From Octopus vulgaris (Eukaryota), in assembly GCA_951406725.2 (NCBI GenBank), contig OX597816.1, forward strand, positions 66,340,001 through 66,404,000: a stretch of 64,000 nucleotides of DNA. The letters are read 5' to 3'. Made by a program: the position numbers and the translations under genes. This document shows, piece by piece, positions 40,809-54,500 of this stretch. The notes beneath the pieces were generated by a model. The model saw nothing but the letters and a program-made list of their open reading frames with translations, was not told the origin of the DNA and ran no database searches. Every line of letters begins with the position of its first letter. Positions within the stretch are counted from its first letter, which is position 1.

Positions 40809-43800
40809 GATAGAGAGAGAGAGAGAGAGAGAGGTCACTAAATATTTTAAAGACACTGTCTTTTTGATTTATAAATCCATCCCCAAAACCTCATATCTGT
40901 TAAAAGGCATGGCATGTAGAACAGCAGATTGCATAAAATGATGGGATATATAAAGGAAACTATCTAGTTTGTTATTACAGGGGTTTTATACTGCTAAACA
41001 ATGAGGAATCCTCTGTAGAGGCTCTCATTCTGCTACAAGGAGCAACCAAATCTCCCTCAATTCATACAAGACAATCTTGAAAATAAGAAAGGACACAATG
41101 GACATTGACTTGAATATACAGAATGTTGAGATATCACGGCAGGAACACTTTTGATCATCAGTCTGCTTGATTACAGTTGACCTGAGCTTAAACAACGAGA
41201 GTTCTAGCAGAAAATTCCAGCAGACTGATAATGAAGAACAGTATAGTACATTTTGTAATTTTTAAATACCTTAAATGTACCGTATCCGAATTCAGTGAAA
41301 TCCAGTGTTCTCTGGTTTTCCTTTTACATTGTCATTGGTGCCTTCAGTTTTATGTTTCAATTAGCACAATGGAAAGCAGAGGGGAATTCATTTGAAACAT
41401 TAACCCTTTTGTTACCAACCCAGCTGAAACCGGCTCTGGTTCTAAGTACAAATGTCTTGTTTTCATAAGTTTTGAATTAAAATCTTCCACCAAACTTTAG
41501 TCACAATTTTTATGTTCCTAACACTAGCTTAATGATAACTAAGTTATTTTACTAAATTCTTTGTTATATTTGAAGTAATTGAAGTAATTTCAAAATAAAT
41601 TACAGTAATGTAAGGGTTAAGGTAGAAAATAACTTAGCTACATCTAACAATGATAGCATTACAAATTTTGATTTCCAATTATAAACTATATAGGCACGGA
41701 GATAACTGTACAGTTAAAAAGCTTGCTTTGCAATCACATGATTTTCAGTTCAGTCCCACTGTGTGACACCTTGGGTAACACTGCTCCAAGTCGATCAAAG
41801 CCTAGTAAATGAATTTGGTAGATGAAAACTGTAAACACATACATTATATATGCCATTATATATGCCAGCTCCAGAATAAATTTCTGTCCATGCTAGTATG
41901 GAAAAATGGACATTCCAAGAGATCTAAAACAGTTTCTTGAGAAAAACTAAGACTAGAATTTTTTTTTTAGTGCTTTTGATAAATTCTGAAATAAACGTGT
42001 ATAAATTGTTAATTCTTTTTTACCTCAATACCCGTTAAAAACCAAGAATTTTGTTCAATATTGGAAGCTCTTCGAGATGATGAATATTGAGTTTGATAAC
42101 TATGTTCACTAAAACTGCTCCTGGCAGAAGAGCAATTTAGGCCAGGCAGTGCATCAACTGAGCTCTCCCCAAGAGGTAACATTTCAACTTCCTGTACAGC
42201 TGGAGCTGAAAAAAATAAAAGGAAAATAAATGACATTTGGGTTACTTAGATTAAAACAGTGATTAGGAATTAGAGTAATGTGCATCAACAGACCTGTGCT
42301 TTTAAAATGGATGTTCTGGGCAGTTCTAGCCTTTGTAGCTTGTTCAGGTAAAGAGTCAGTGATGGCAATAAACATCTTTAAGTCATTGTAAGACAAACGA
42401 ATGTTTAAAAGATTGAGTGTCATCTGTATAATAAAAGAAACAAACATGACCATAGAAGAAAATCAGATAAATGCAGCACAAGAAACAAATATAAACAGAA
42501 TTTCAGCATGAATTTTCATGCTATGTATAAGCATATTTTATGACTTAGAAAAGGAAAGACTGTCTCTATGGCCCTTTCAAGAACCTCCAAGACTGATGGT
42601 AGGAAAAGATGTTATCTTTAGACCAGAGACCCAATCGGTTTAGACTCTGTTAATGATGTCTTAAGGTTAAATTATTAACCATCGTGCCAACAACCACCTT
42701 GAGCTTCATGTGTCTGACACATGTGGGCATGCCTACAAAGTCAGAAAACAGCACAGCTCCCATGACTTTCAGAAACAATTTTTCACACTGAGTTGCTGAA
42801 GCATGGAACAAACTACCTGCATCACTTGTTAGCTGCTGAGACATTACATCCTTTAAAACCTCCATGCTTCCTGAAATTCACCAACACTACACCTGATATC
42901 CTCTCCCTCCATGCACATGCACACATGTATATCATGGCTCATACACTGTTCACTTTCCTGACATTTGTACATAATTCTATGTACTGTACATGCACCTTTG
43001 ATGAGTTGTAGTGCACCTGAGCATTATACTTAATAATTTCATTATTATTATAAATGGCAGCATTAAACTAGATGACAAAATAATACCCTGCATTTTTGAG
43101 CAAAAGAAGGGTTTTTTACAAAGTCATACAACCTGCTGAAAATAACAGTCAAACATCTTTGAATCACATTTTATAACCTTAAAAAAGGGAATATTTGATA
43201 ATGTAGTATCAAAAACACTGCAAAAATATGAAATGTTTTTGGAAAATACATATTTGACTATAGGTCTGGGAGTAGTTGATTATATCATACCTTAATTGTC
43301 ATTTTATTAAGCCCCAAGAAGGATGAAAGGCAAAGTTGACTGAAGCAAGACTTAAATTCAAAACATGTTAGAATACAAAAATCATTTCATCAGACACTCT
43401 ACAAATTCTGTCAAATAACTGTAATGTCCAACAGTAACAATAATTATAATCAACTTACTTCAAGAACTAGAGGATTTTCCACAGCTTGAGCATCTAGCAA
43501 GCCAGTAACACGTGAAGTTGAGCGATCTGGCAATGGGTTGGCATTAATTTCTATGGTAATGCTGGTTGGATCAATAATTGAAAGGGCAGTTTCCTCTTCT
43601 TCCATTAGGAAACAGGAAAATACTTCTAGGCTCTGCAAACTGCATGACAGTGGTAAGTCTTGTGCTTTCGGACGATACCGTAGCACAGCAGTGCACTGTA
43701 GATAAAGACAAACAAACAAGCAATAAAGAAAACTTTTATACGTATATTTTCAGAGATAGAAACATGATAGAGAATCTCACTGGACAGTTGACTTAACATT

Positions 43801-46800
43801 TCTTTCCCGTTTTTGTTCTTGTTTAACCCTTTTGTTACCAACCCGGCTGAAACCAGCTCTGGCTCTGTAGTACAAATGTCTTGTTTTCATAAGTTTGGAA
43901 TTAAAATTTTCCACCAAACCTTAGTCACAATCTATCTTTCTAACACTAGCTGAATGATAACTAAGTTATTTTACTAAATTCTTTGTTATATTTAAAGTAA
44001 TTGAAAGAAACACAGAGAATCTCAAAATAAATACAGTAACAAAAGGGTTAATAAAACACAACATAATGAAATGCATAATCTATGTTCACTATCTGATACC
44101 ATGTATAGCAATATGTACTGAAGCTGTGATTGCACTTACAAACCTTTACTTCATACAGGGTGGTTCCAATTCTTTCTTTTTATTCACTATGTCACTGACA
44201 AATAGTACAAATATATGTCAATATCCACCTAGATCCTCCCTCTGAAATAACTGTCCATAAAGATCCTCTCTTAAATCAATATATCTCAAATAATTATGGA
44301 GATGTACTTGCATAGCGAGTGACTTGATCTGAGATCGTGTGCTGGAACGAAAACAATTGCAGCGTGGAAGGTGTTTATAAGCCATTTAAGAAACACACAA
44401 AAATCGTTAGATTCACTTCAACATTTAAATTTAATTTGTCAAAATATTTTCGGCGCTTTGAGACCACAATGCAGCACAAAGTTTTGTCAGTGAACAGGTT
44501 GCGGTCTCAAAGCGCCGAAAATATTTTGACAAATTAAATTTAACTGATGAAGTGAATCCAATGGTTTTTGTGTGTTTCTTAAATGGCTTATAAACAACTT
44601 CCATGCTGCAATTGTTCTCTAATAATTATCCATAACATATGGGAATTGTGTGTAAAAATGGTTTGTAAATTCAATGCCAGTTTTGGCACCTGAAGAAAAG
44701 ATATCAAATCATTAAAAATGGGATTTATTGAAAAGCAGAAAAAATTAAATTAGCAGCCCAGAAAGTAATTTTTCCATCTATCATTAAAGAAAACTAACAA
44801 ATCAATGGCATCTTAAAAAAAAATAATAATAATAATAGCACACACACACACACACACAGGATTGAAGTGTTCAAACATTTACAGAGAAATGTGTAGATCC
44901 TAAAATATGTATATTTTAGTAAGTATAAATACCATTAAATTTATACCCCAATTCTGCAGCAGAATCCATATGGATAATAATGGCTTTGATTTTAGGGACA
45001 TCAACCTCAGTACACGATTGGTACTTAATTTTATTGACCCCAAAGGGATGAAATGGTAAATCTGACCTCAGCAGAATTTGAACTTAGAACATAATGAATT
45101 GGAAGAAATGTTGCTACCAGCTCACCACCTAATTTATATGGATAATTTACATGGTTAATAATCCCCAATAGATATTTCGGTGAAATCAAGTTAAGGATTT
45201 AATAATATAATTACCAAAATATAGCACATGTACACACTGTGAGTATAGGCAAGAATGTTTGAACATTTACATACTAGAGTTCCTATCTTCAGTTTGATGC
45301 TCTCCAAATCTCTGACCATTGTAAACAAGCCTTCCAGGTATATAGGAATAAGCAGAGTAATGTGCCTTTTCTAGGGTCACCTAAGAATGGTCACTATAAA
45401 TTTGAATTTGTAGTGGATCTTGCAAGCATGAAGTGGATTCGATCCACCATAGCCAAATTTAAATTAACACTGCAACAGAACTTTTTCCATGGTGGAACAA
45501 TGGTTTTTCTTTGACAGCAGTTTTGAATTTTCCAGATGCCTTTAGCTAGGCCGAAATAATGTCTTCACCACTTGACCCTTTTAACCTCTTCTACTTCATC
45601 AAAAGCTAGAATAGAGATAACAAGACTACCAACTAAATCTGTTGTTCTCAATGATATATCTATCCTTCTGGATAGTTATAAAAGCAAGAACACTCCAAGC
45701 AAAAATCAGTCTGTGACGACTCAACGAGTTACTCACTTCAGTGACAACGAAGTCTGACTGACCAACTAGAACCTTGGTCAGAGGGAGAAATGAAGTTTAC
45801 TGTCAGCAACTGTGAGACAACGTCCCACACCCTACAACTCTCACTAGCTCAAAATTCTGTTCTGTTACGTCATCATTCTATCTCTCTCTGTAATTACTAC
45901 TAAACAACGAAGAGGACATAAACACAAACTTTACTTCGCATGCTTTTTGATTTATCATAACCTGCCCGTCGAGAAAAGGTATTGTAACATAACGGTAAAT
46001 AGATATTTCCTTAAAACTTCATGCATTGTTCATCTTTCACATTCTACAACATGCAATTATAACAACAAATTTTTATCGTTACAAATTTAATTGATCATAA
46101 ACATAATATAAACTGAGGAACTAAGATGGCACATCCAATATAAAAGACTTCACAATAGGATATCAAACTATAAAAATCAGATTTATATTGAATCACACAG
46201 GCATATTAAAAGCACAGACCTTTTCCTGTTAATAAATTAAAACTTTTGTCTTGAAAGTAACATCTAATACTAATATTGATATTTACCTTCAGAATAGCTG
46301 CTTCCGTGTCCCATGTAGACATGTCAGCAACAACCACAAACTGCGTATTTCTGACATTGACTTTCAGCTCAAATGGCACCTCAGTCTGGAAAAGTGAATC
46401 AACAGGTACGGTGAACAGGAGAAGGGCAAGTGATACTGAATATTTAAGCAGAGCTAGTTAAATCAACATAAACAGACATACTATGAGTTGAGTCAAAATC
46501 AACAGATATAGAAGGTGTAATTACATGAAAAAGGGGGAGGAGAGAGAGAGAGAGAGAGAGAGATAGTGTCAGTGTTAAGAGAAAACAAGAACTGCTATAA
46601 ATGCTCATTAATCCAACAAAACTAAAAAGTATTATATATACTCATTTATCTCAAATTACAATCATATGTTAATAATAATAAGCATTCTACATATTACATA
46701 TTTAAACAATAATTAATACTAAATACATACTAGCTTTTTGATGGGTTTTATTTCTGCTTCAAGCCTTGCTCCATTTTCTTGTAGAGTTTAATTTTGTCAT

Positions 46801-47191
46801 CTTTCAGTCATTCTTACTCTTCTTACCTCCACTCACTTCCCTTCAGGATTCTCACTCACACCATTATTTTTCTTCCTCCCACTATATGTATTTCTTACAT
46901 TTTCCTACTTTCTATTAAAAATCTGCCCCCACCTCTTCTCTTCATTTCCTGATGCTTTTTTCTACACTCACAAAAACACCAATATCAATCTCTTTGTCTC
47001 TCATTTGTTTACTTTATAACTATTTCATCACACTGACTCTATAATTACCCCTTCTTTTTGTAGAGTTCAATGTTTCTTCTTTCCACCTGTTCCCTCTTTT
47101 TGTGCTATTCTTTCTTCTCTCTTTCCTATCCCTCTCTATATTTTTAACTGCCAAATGTTGGCTGTTATTGCATGATGCATATATTTATACA

Positions 47192-47226
<35 letters not shown>

Positions 47227-49728
47227 TTCTCTTAACATTGTGTGATAGTTGTAAATGAGTGTCACACAGGTAGTGTCATCCATTTTCAGTATTCTGTGAA
47301 AATATGTCTGGCCAAGGGGAAATATTACCTTGCTTGGAAACAAGTGAAAGTTGGTGACAAATTCTATCCAATCATGCGAAAGGGGAAATTAATACAATAA
47401 AAAATACACACACACACACACACACATACACACACACACATGCATACTTACTTGTTCAACAACATGACATCGTCTAGTCACTATTCCTTGAGATCTGTTG
47501 AGAGGACTGCGTGGCCTCAAAATAGGTGTGGAACTTTCAGAGGGGTTTCTGATCTTCACAGTTTCAAATTTGACCTCTGGCTTTTTATCCATATCTGATT
47601 TAAAAAACAAAAAAAAGCCATCAGTTTAATATTTAGATATCCAAGTGATAATTATAAACTATTTCCACAGTAACTTTTAGCCTAAACAATTCTTGCTACA
47701 TATTAAATCACACCTAGGTACATCAACAAAGTACAAGAATGCAACTACAAAATCATTCTGATAACACTGCCCTGTCCAATCAATACTAACAAGCTAAAAA
47801 AATAATTTACTTTTCCCTGAGCCCTAGGACTCTCATAAGGCTGTTTACCTGAATTCTGTGGTATATAAGAGACCAAGACCACAACATTCCCTCTAAATGC
47901 GAACCCAAGTTCCATTGCAGAGTTCAAAACCAGCACTTTTGGGGAGAGGAAATAAGTTAATAATATGCAACCAAGTACTTGACTTGTATTTTATGTTATT
48001 GATCCGGAAAGGATGAAAGGCAAAGATGACATCAGTAGAATTTGAACTCAGAAATGTGTCGGAACAATTATTGTGATTAATAATAAATTCTTGTATGTTC
48101 CATCTTCTGTCTTTCATTTGTTATATATATATATATATATAGGGAGAGTTTACGAAAAAAACAAAAGACGAAGACAGGTGGTGTACAAAACAAACAGATG
48201 TATTAGTATAACGCTCAGGAATACAAAAAGCCTTTTACGTTTCGAGCCTACGCTCTTCTACAAAAAGGGACACAGAAAAAACAAGGAGAGAAAAAAAATG
48301 CGTGTAGTGGCTAACGATCTATCATGGCGTCATATATATATATATATATATATATTCACACACACACACACACACACACATACACACACACACACACACA
48401 AAGATATTTGCAACATTAATTACCTCACAAGCTGCCAGATACAAGGGTTGTTAATTATCAGAAAAACTTACAGAAGAATAATAGCTGTCATGCTGTGCCC
48501 AAGTTCCCCTTGTTCATGTCTGCATTAGACCACCACTAAAACTTCTAGACATACAAGTAGTCTGGAAGAAACACAGCATGTCAAAACTACCTCACTGCAC
48601 CCTACATGATAGACCACTGCATATTAGCTTGTGTGGGTCAGTCTTCAGTAAAGTTTTTGTTTCATGGGTTGCTATCTATGTGTCCTAGATCTACTTCAGC
48701 AAGGTTGAGCAAGAGCTACACAAATAATACAGCTTCTGAAAACATGGACCAAGGAGCACAATTAAGCAAGAGGTTAGCAGTTCATATTCTGGCCCTAGTC
48801 CTGTATTATGTTGTGTCTTGTTTGTTGTCAAGCTGGCTGAATCCACCTAGGTATAATGTGGTAGGGTTCAGTCACAAATAGCAGCAACAGTCCAATGTTG
48901 ATTTCAATTATGCTCGGAGAGAAAAAATTACATTTTCCAAGAAATGAAATGGGTAGGAACCAGCAACACTGTTATAAAAATTAAAATGCTTTGGAAGCCA
49001 AAAAACACAGAAATTTGTATCTCAGCACAGTGCTGAGTGTGGAATTTCTACTAACTCCCTTACAAAATTCACACAGATGAACATTGTACAGTAAACTAAA
49101 CATTGCCTTTTGATCAAAGTCTAATACTTACCTAAAAATGGGTCCTCAATATCAGTGGTGAGAAAGTTATTGACGGCTAGCAACCAGTCAAAGATGCACA
49201 TCAGCCGCATGTTATTCAACAAGACAGTAAACAGCTTCACTTGATTGGTGAATTGAAAATATAGCTCCATTTGCAACTTGCTACAGGTATCTACTTGTTT
49301 TGATGGTTGCAAGATGTTACTAAACACATTTGGAGCTTTCCCAGGTGGAAGATCTGTATTTTGAAATGAATGATTAAAATAATTTATTAAAATAATAAAA
49401 ATTTTATTTTTTAACTCATCTATTTGGTAATATACTGGGTACAAAAATGCATATGAAATTAAAGAAATGAAAAAGTGTGAAAGGAAAGAAAAAAAACAGT
49501 ACCTTTATATCTAGTGTCAACTGCTCGTATTTCATGAGAAACCAGATCAACATCTTTGGTTCCATTGGAGCGTGTTTTCACCAGAAGATTAGAATGAATG
49601 AAATCAAATCTTGCCAAAGAATCTTGGGATGTGTTTTGCCAGTCAAATAATAATTCTACAGTGATGTTTCTTAAGTCAATTTCCATGAGCATATTTGTCC
49701 ACACTGAACCAGATGGAGGAGCCTAGTA

Positions 49729-49761
<33 letters not shown>

Positions 49762-50902
49762 GGTTGTATATAAAGGTCATATATACAACATATCAAAGGT
49801 GATAGAGGCCTTATACAGCTAGAAAGCTATTACAAAATAACCACCATAGGACTACAGAAATACCTACTTTAGAAGCAAGGAAAACTAATACAAATAGCCA
49901 CAAAATATGAACAAAACAAAAAAAAACTGTTGTCTGTCTTTAAGGAAGCTGACAAAAACAAAAAAGCAGTCATAGTACCAAACAACTATGAAGAAAAAGA
50001 AGAAACAACTAAAGCTGTAAAACAACTGAAATCCAAACTAAAACTGGAACAGTAATGTATCATGATAAAATGATGGCAAGAAAAGCCCCTACATGGCAAA
50101 TATTGGGTTAAGCTAAGCAGAAAAGAAATAGACAAAGCAAAACCCTAACAATGGCTGAGAAGCTCAGGACTCAAAGCAAAAGCTGAAGGATTTTTAAGTG
50201 CAGCACAAGATCAAAGCAAATCACCAAAAACATGTAATGACAAGAAATACAAGTAACTGCAGAATATGTGGTGATGGAGAAGAAACAATAAATATTATTG
50301 CCTTTGGCTGCCCCGTCCTGATGAAGAAAGAATATATTCACAAACATGACAGAGTTGGGACCTATAGACACTGGAAGCTATGCCAACACTATGGAATAAT
50401 AACAGAAAAAAGATGGTATAGGCACACCTGACAAAAGGTCACAGAAAATGAGAAAGCAACCATATTCTGAGATATGCAGACAGAGAAATTAAGGCCAATA
50501 AGGCCGGATTTAGTTGTCAGAGATCACCAAGAAAAAATGCATTCACTGTATGAATACCAACAGGTGACATTTCTCTAAAAGTAATAAAAAAACTTTCAAA
50601 ATACAAAGATCTGCAAATAGAGGTAACTTGAATGTGAAGCCTAAAAACAGAAACAGTAAACAGAAAATAGTAGGTGCATTAGGTATGATAAAAAAAAACA
50701 TTCAGACAAATACATAACAAAAACACCAGGACTTACAAGTATATATAACATAGAGAAAATAGCACCACTACACACATCCTACATAAAACACTTTCAATAC
50801 AGTGAAAATAAGAGCACCACAACAAACCACAGCACATGCCCAAGGCAAACAGAGCTGCACTCGGTAGTACAGAGAAAGCATGTGATAAAAATAAGACTAC
50901 TA

Positions 50903-50938
<36 letters not shown>

Positions 50939-51457
50939 GTTACGGGTGCTTGGTACAAACATACACCAGAAAAGGTAATGGACAAAAAGGGAAAGCAAAA
51001 ATCCTCTGGGACTTTGATTTCCAGACAAACAAGGTGTTAGAGCACCACAGGCCGGATATAGTAACCTTTAGGAGGGACAAACAAGAGTGCCTAATAATTG
51101 ACGTGGCAGTGCCAGGAGATCAACATACCATCATGAAAGAGAAAAGGTTGATAAATACGGAGACCTGAAAATTGAGATTGCTAAGATGTGGCAGCTACGA
51201 GAGTCAAACATAAAGCTATCCCTATTATCATCGAAGCATTGGGTTCAATAACACCTAATCTGAAAAAACAAAAACTTTAGAAATACCCTACAATCTAGAA
51301 TTATTGTAAAAGTCGGCATTACTTGGAACTGCATGCACATTGCATGAAAAAACGGTCTGTTTGAGGTCCTTGTTGAGACTTGACAAACAGTACAAACCCC
51401 CAGTAGGTACAATATCTTCAATCAACAAACCCATTATATTGTATACTGTGCGACATC

Positions 51458-51515
<58 letters not shown>

Positions 51516-54500
51516 GCTTCAAATTTTAACACAAGTCAACAGTTTTTGAGGGGATGGTTAAGTACCAGTGTTCAACTGGCACTTATTGGTTCCAAAAGCA
51601 TGAAAGGTTTATTTGAACACAGAAAATTTTTAAAAAAACTGTAAGAACTGCAGCTAAATGTATTGTTTGGTGCTGATTCTACCAGCTCATTGCCATAATA
51701 GTATTTTCTAATTTTAGAATAAAGCCAGCAGTGTTGAGGGGAGGGGAAGTGAATTCCATCAACCCTAGCACTTGAAAGGTACTTTTTTTTATCCATCCTG
51801 AAAGGATAAAAAGGTAAAGATGACCTTCGTGGGATTTGAACTTAGAAAATTAAGAGCCAAAAGAAATGCTAAGCATTTTGCTCCAACACAAACAATTCTA
51901 ATAATAATAAATATCATTATCATCATTAATGGCGTTAGGAAGGGCATCCAGCCATAGAAACCATGCCAAATCAGACTGAAATTTGGTGCAGCTCTCCAGT
52001 TTAACAGTTCCAGTCAAACCCATACCAGCATGGAAAGCAGACGCTAAATGATGATGACTATCATTGTTGTTGTTATTTCAACTACATAAGGCGGCGAGCT
52101 GGCAGAAACGTTAGCACACCGGGCGAAATACATAGCAGTATTTCGTCTGCCGTTACATTCTGAGTTCAAATTCCACCAAGGTCGACTTTGCCTTTCATCC
52201 TTTCGGGGTCGATAAATAAAGTACCAGTTACACACTGGGGTCGATGTAATCAACTTAATGCCTTTGTCTATCCTTGTTTGTCCCCTCAATGTTTATCCCC
52301 CTGTGGGCAATAAAGAAATAGGTATTTCATCTGCTGTTCAAATTCTGAGTTCTGAGTTCAAATTCCGCCAAGGTCGACTTTGCCTTTCATCCTTTCGGGG
52401 TCGATAAAGTAAGTACCAGTTACGTACTGGGGTCGATGTAATTGACTTAATTTGTCCTTGTTTGTCCCTTCAATGTTTAGCCCCTTGTGGGCAATAAAGA
52501 AATAAGAATTGTTACTGTGCTGGACAAACTGCTTAGTGGCATTTTCTGACTTTACATTCTGAGTTCAAATGCTGCTTGGAGTCAACTTTGCCTTTCATCC
52601 TTTCAGGGTTGATAAAATAAGTACCAGTGAGTACTGGGGTTGATGTAATCAACTAGCTTCTGCTCCACAAATTTCAGGCATTGTGCCTATAGTAGAAAGG
52701 ATTGTTATTTCTACTATAGACACAAAGGCCTGAAATTTTGGGATAGTGGCACTACTTGATTACACTGACCCCAGTACCTAATACATGTTTTTCCATGCTG
52801 GCACAGGTTAAATAAGTGTTTTCCAGCAGAGCATCTCACCACTTTTGGTAGTCTAGTGTCTAGTTCCATGGAGATCAATATAGCAAGTGAAAATTAAATA
52901 AAACTAGATCTCATGTAAATTTGAATTGTTTTTATATTCTTATTATCAATAATTGCTGGGAAACGATAAAAAATATAACGATTCCCTTTTTAAATTACTT
53001 CCACAGAATATGGATGCCATGTAAAAAGTACTGATGTGGGTGCTGGGGCCACGTAAAAAGCACCCAGTATACACTGTAGAGTGGTTGGCATTGGGAAGGG
53101 CATCCAGCCAAAACAGATGTTTAATATTAATGATGATGAAACTAGACATACCTTATTTTGTGGCTCTTTCAAATGTGTCATAAATGGTCGCTGGAAGTCT
53201 GGCAATGTTTCACCAATATTATGAGCAAGAATACCCCGCAATAGTTTGAACTGTTTCAGAGTAATTAAAGCATGAATGGAAGACAGCTTGCCAGTCATAT
53301 GAATGTTTGGAGCAGAATGGCTAAGTCCCCGATCAAGATTCCGTTCCACTTGCAGATGTAATGCACATTTTTCTTTGAAGATTTTACCAGTCTGCAAATA
53401 AAGAATTTCAAATGTGTTATACTGAATATTAAGTTGTCACACAAATTTCAGAAATGAATATACAATTTTAAAATATAATCTCTACATAATGTGATAGGAA
53501 CCTTCTCTCCTATGACAGCATCTGAGGATGATGTAGCTAATACTTTTAAAAAGTTAAGTTATTATTTAATCAAACTTTAAATGACTTGATATAAATTTTC
53601 AGATAAATACGATAAAACTCAGTAAAATTTATCCTAAAACTCAACATCATACCACTGTCCCAAATACTATTATGCTGATTTTTATCTCCTAATAATTCAA
53701 ATATACATTGCACAGTAAAATTAAATTTTCCAGGAAAATAATTTTACATAAATTTTTCCACTAAAATAGTTTACAGATTATTAATCTTGTGTTTAGAGAA
53801 TATATTCACAATATTTAGAGTATTTTTCAATATTTTATTCCAGACAGATTAGAACTAGTACTCAAGTGGTTAGTCTAGATATGTATCTGGGAATAAGACA
53901 CATAATGACAATTGAAGATCAAACTGAATGGAATATGGTGGTGAAATATTTACAATATTAGCTCTCCTTATAGGTGACAAACCCGATTCAGGTATCTTTG
54001 AATTAACCCTCTTGATACCAATCTACCGAGACAGCCTCAGGTCCTACGAAACAAGCTTCTTGTTTTTAAGTGATATAAATTAATTTATATACCAAACATC
54101 AGCTTAATAGTGACCAAGTTATTTTACTGAATTATTATTTAAAAAATTAATTGAGACAAAGGTAGTGTACTTAAATAAAAATATAATATTAAAAGTTTTA
54201 AATCAAATTTTCAAACTGTCAGTTTGTTTTTAACAATTAACTTTCTTAGGCTGAAAATAATTTTCAAATATTTTTTATACCATAAGAAGATAAAATACAG
54301 AAAGTGTTTTGTCCAGAAAAATACTAAAGTTGCAACTGAAGTTGTCATCAATGAATAACATGAATAACAGTTTTTGGAGCTGAAATCATTATGAAATAAG
54401 AGTGGACCCTGGCCAGTATTTATTTCTGACATGGGCAAATTAGATATAAAAAATGAATGCTGTTTTTTGTTTTTTTATGAGTTATAACCAACATTATTAG

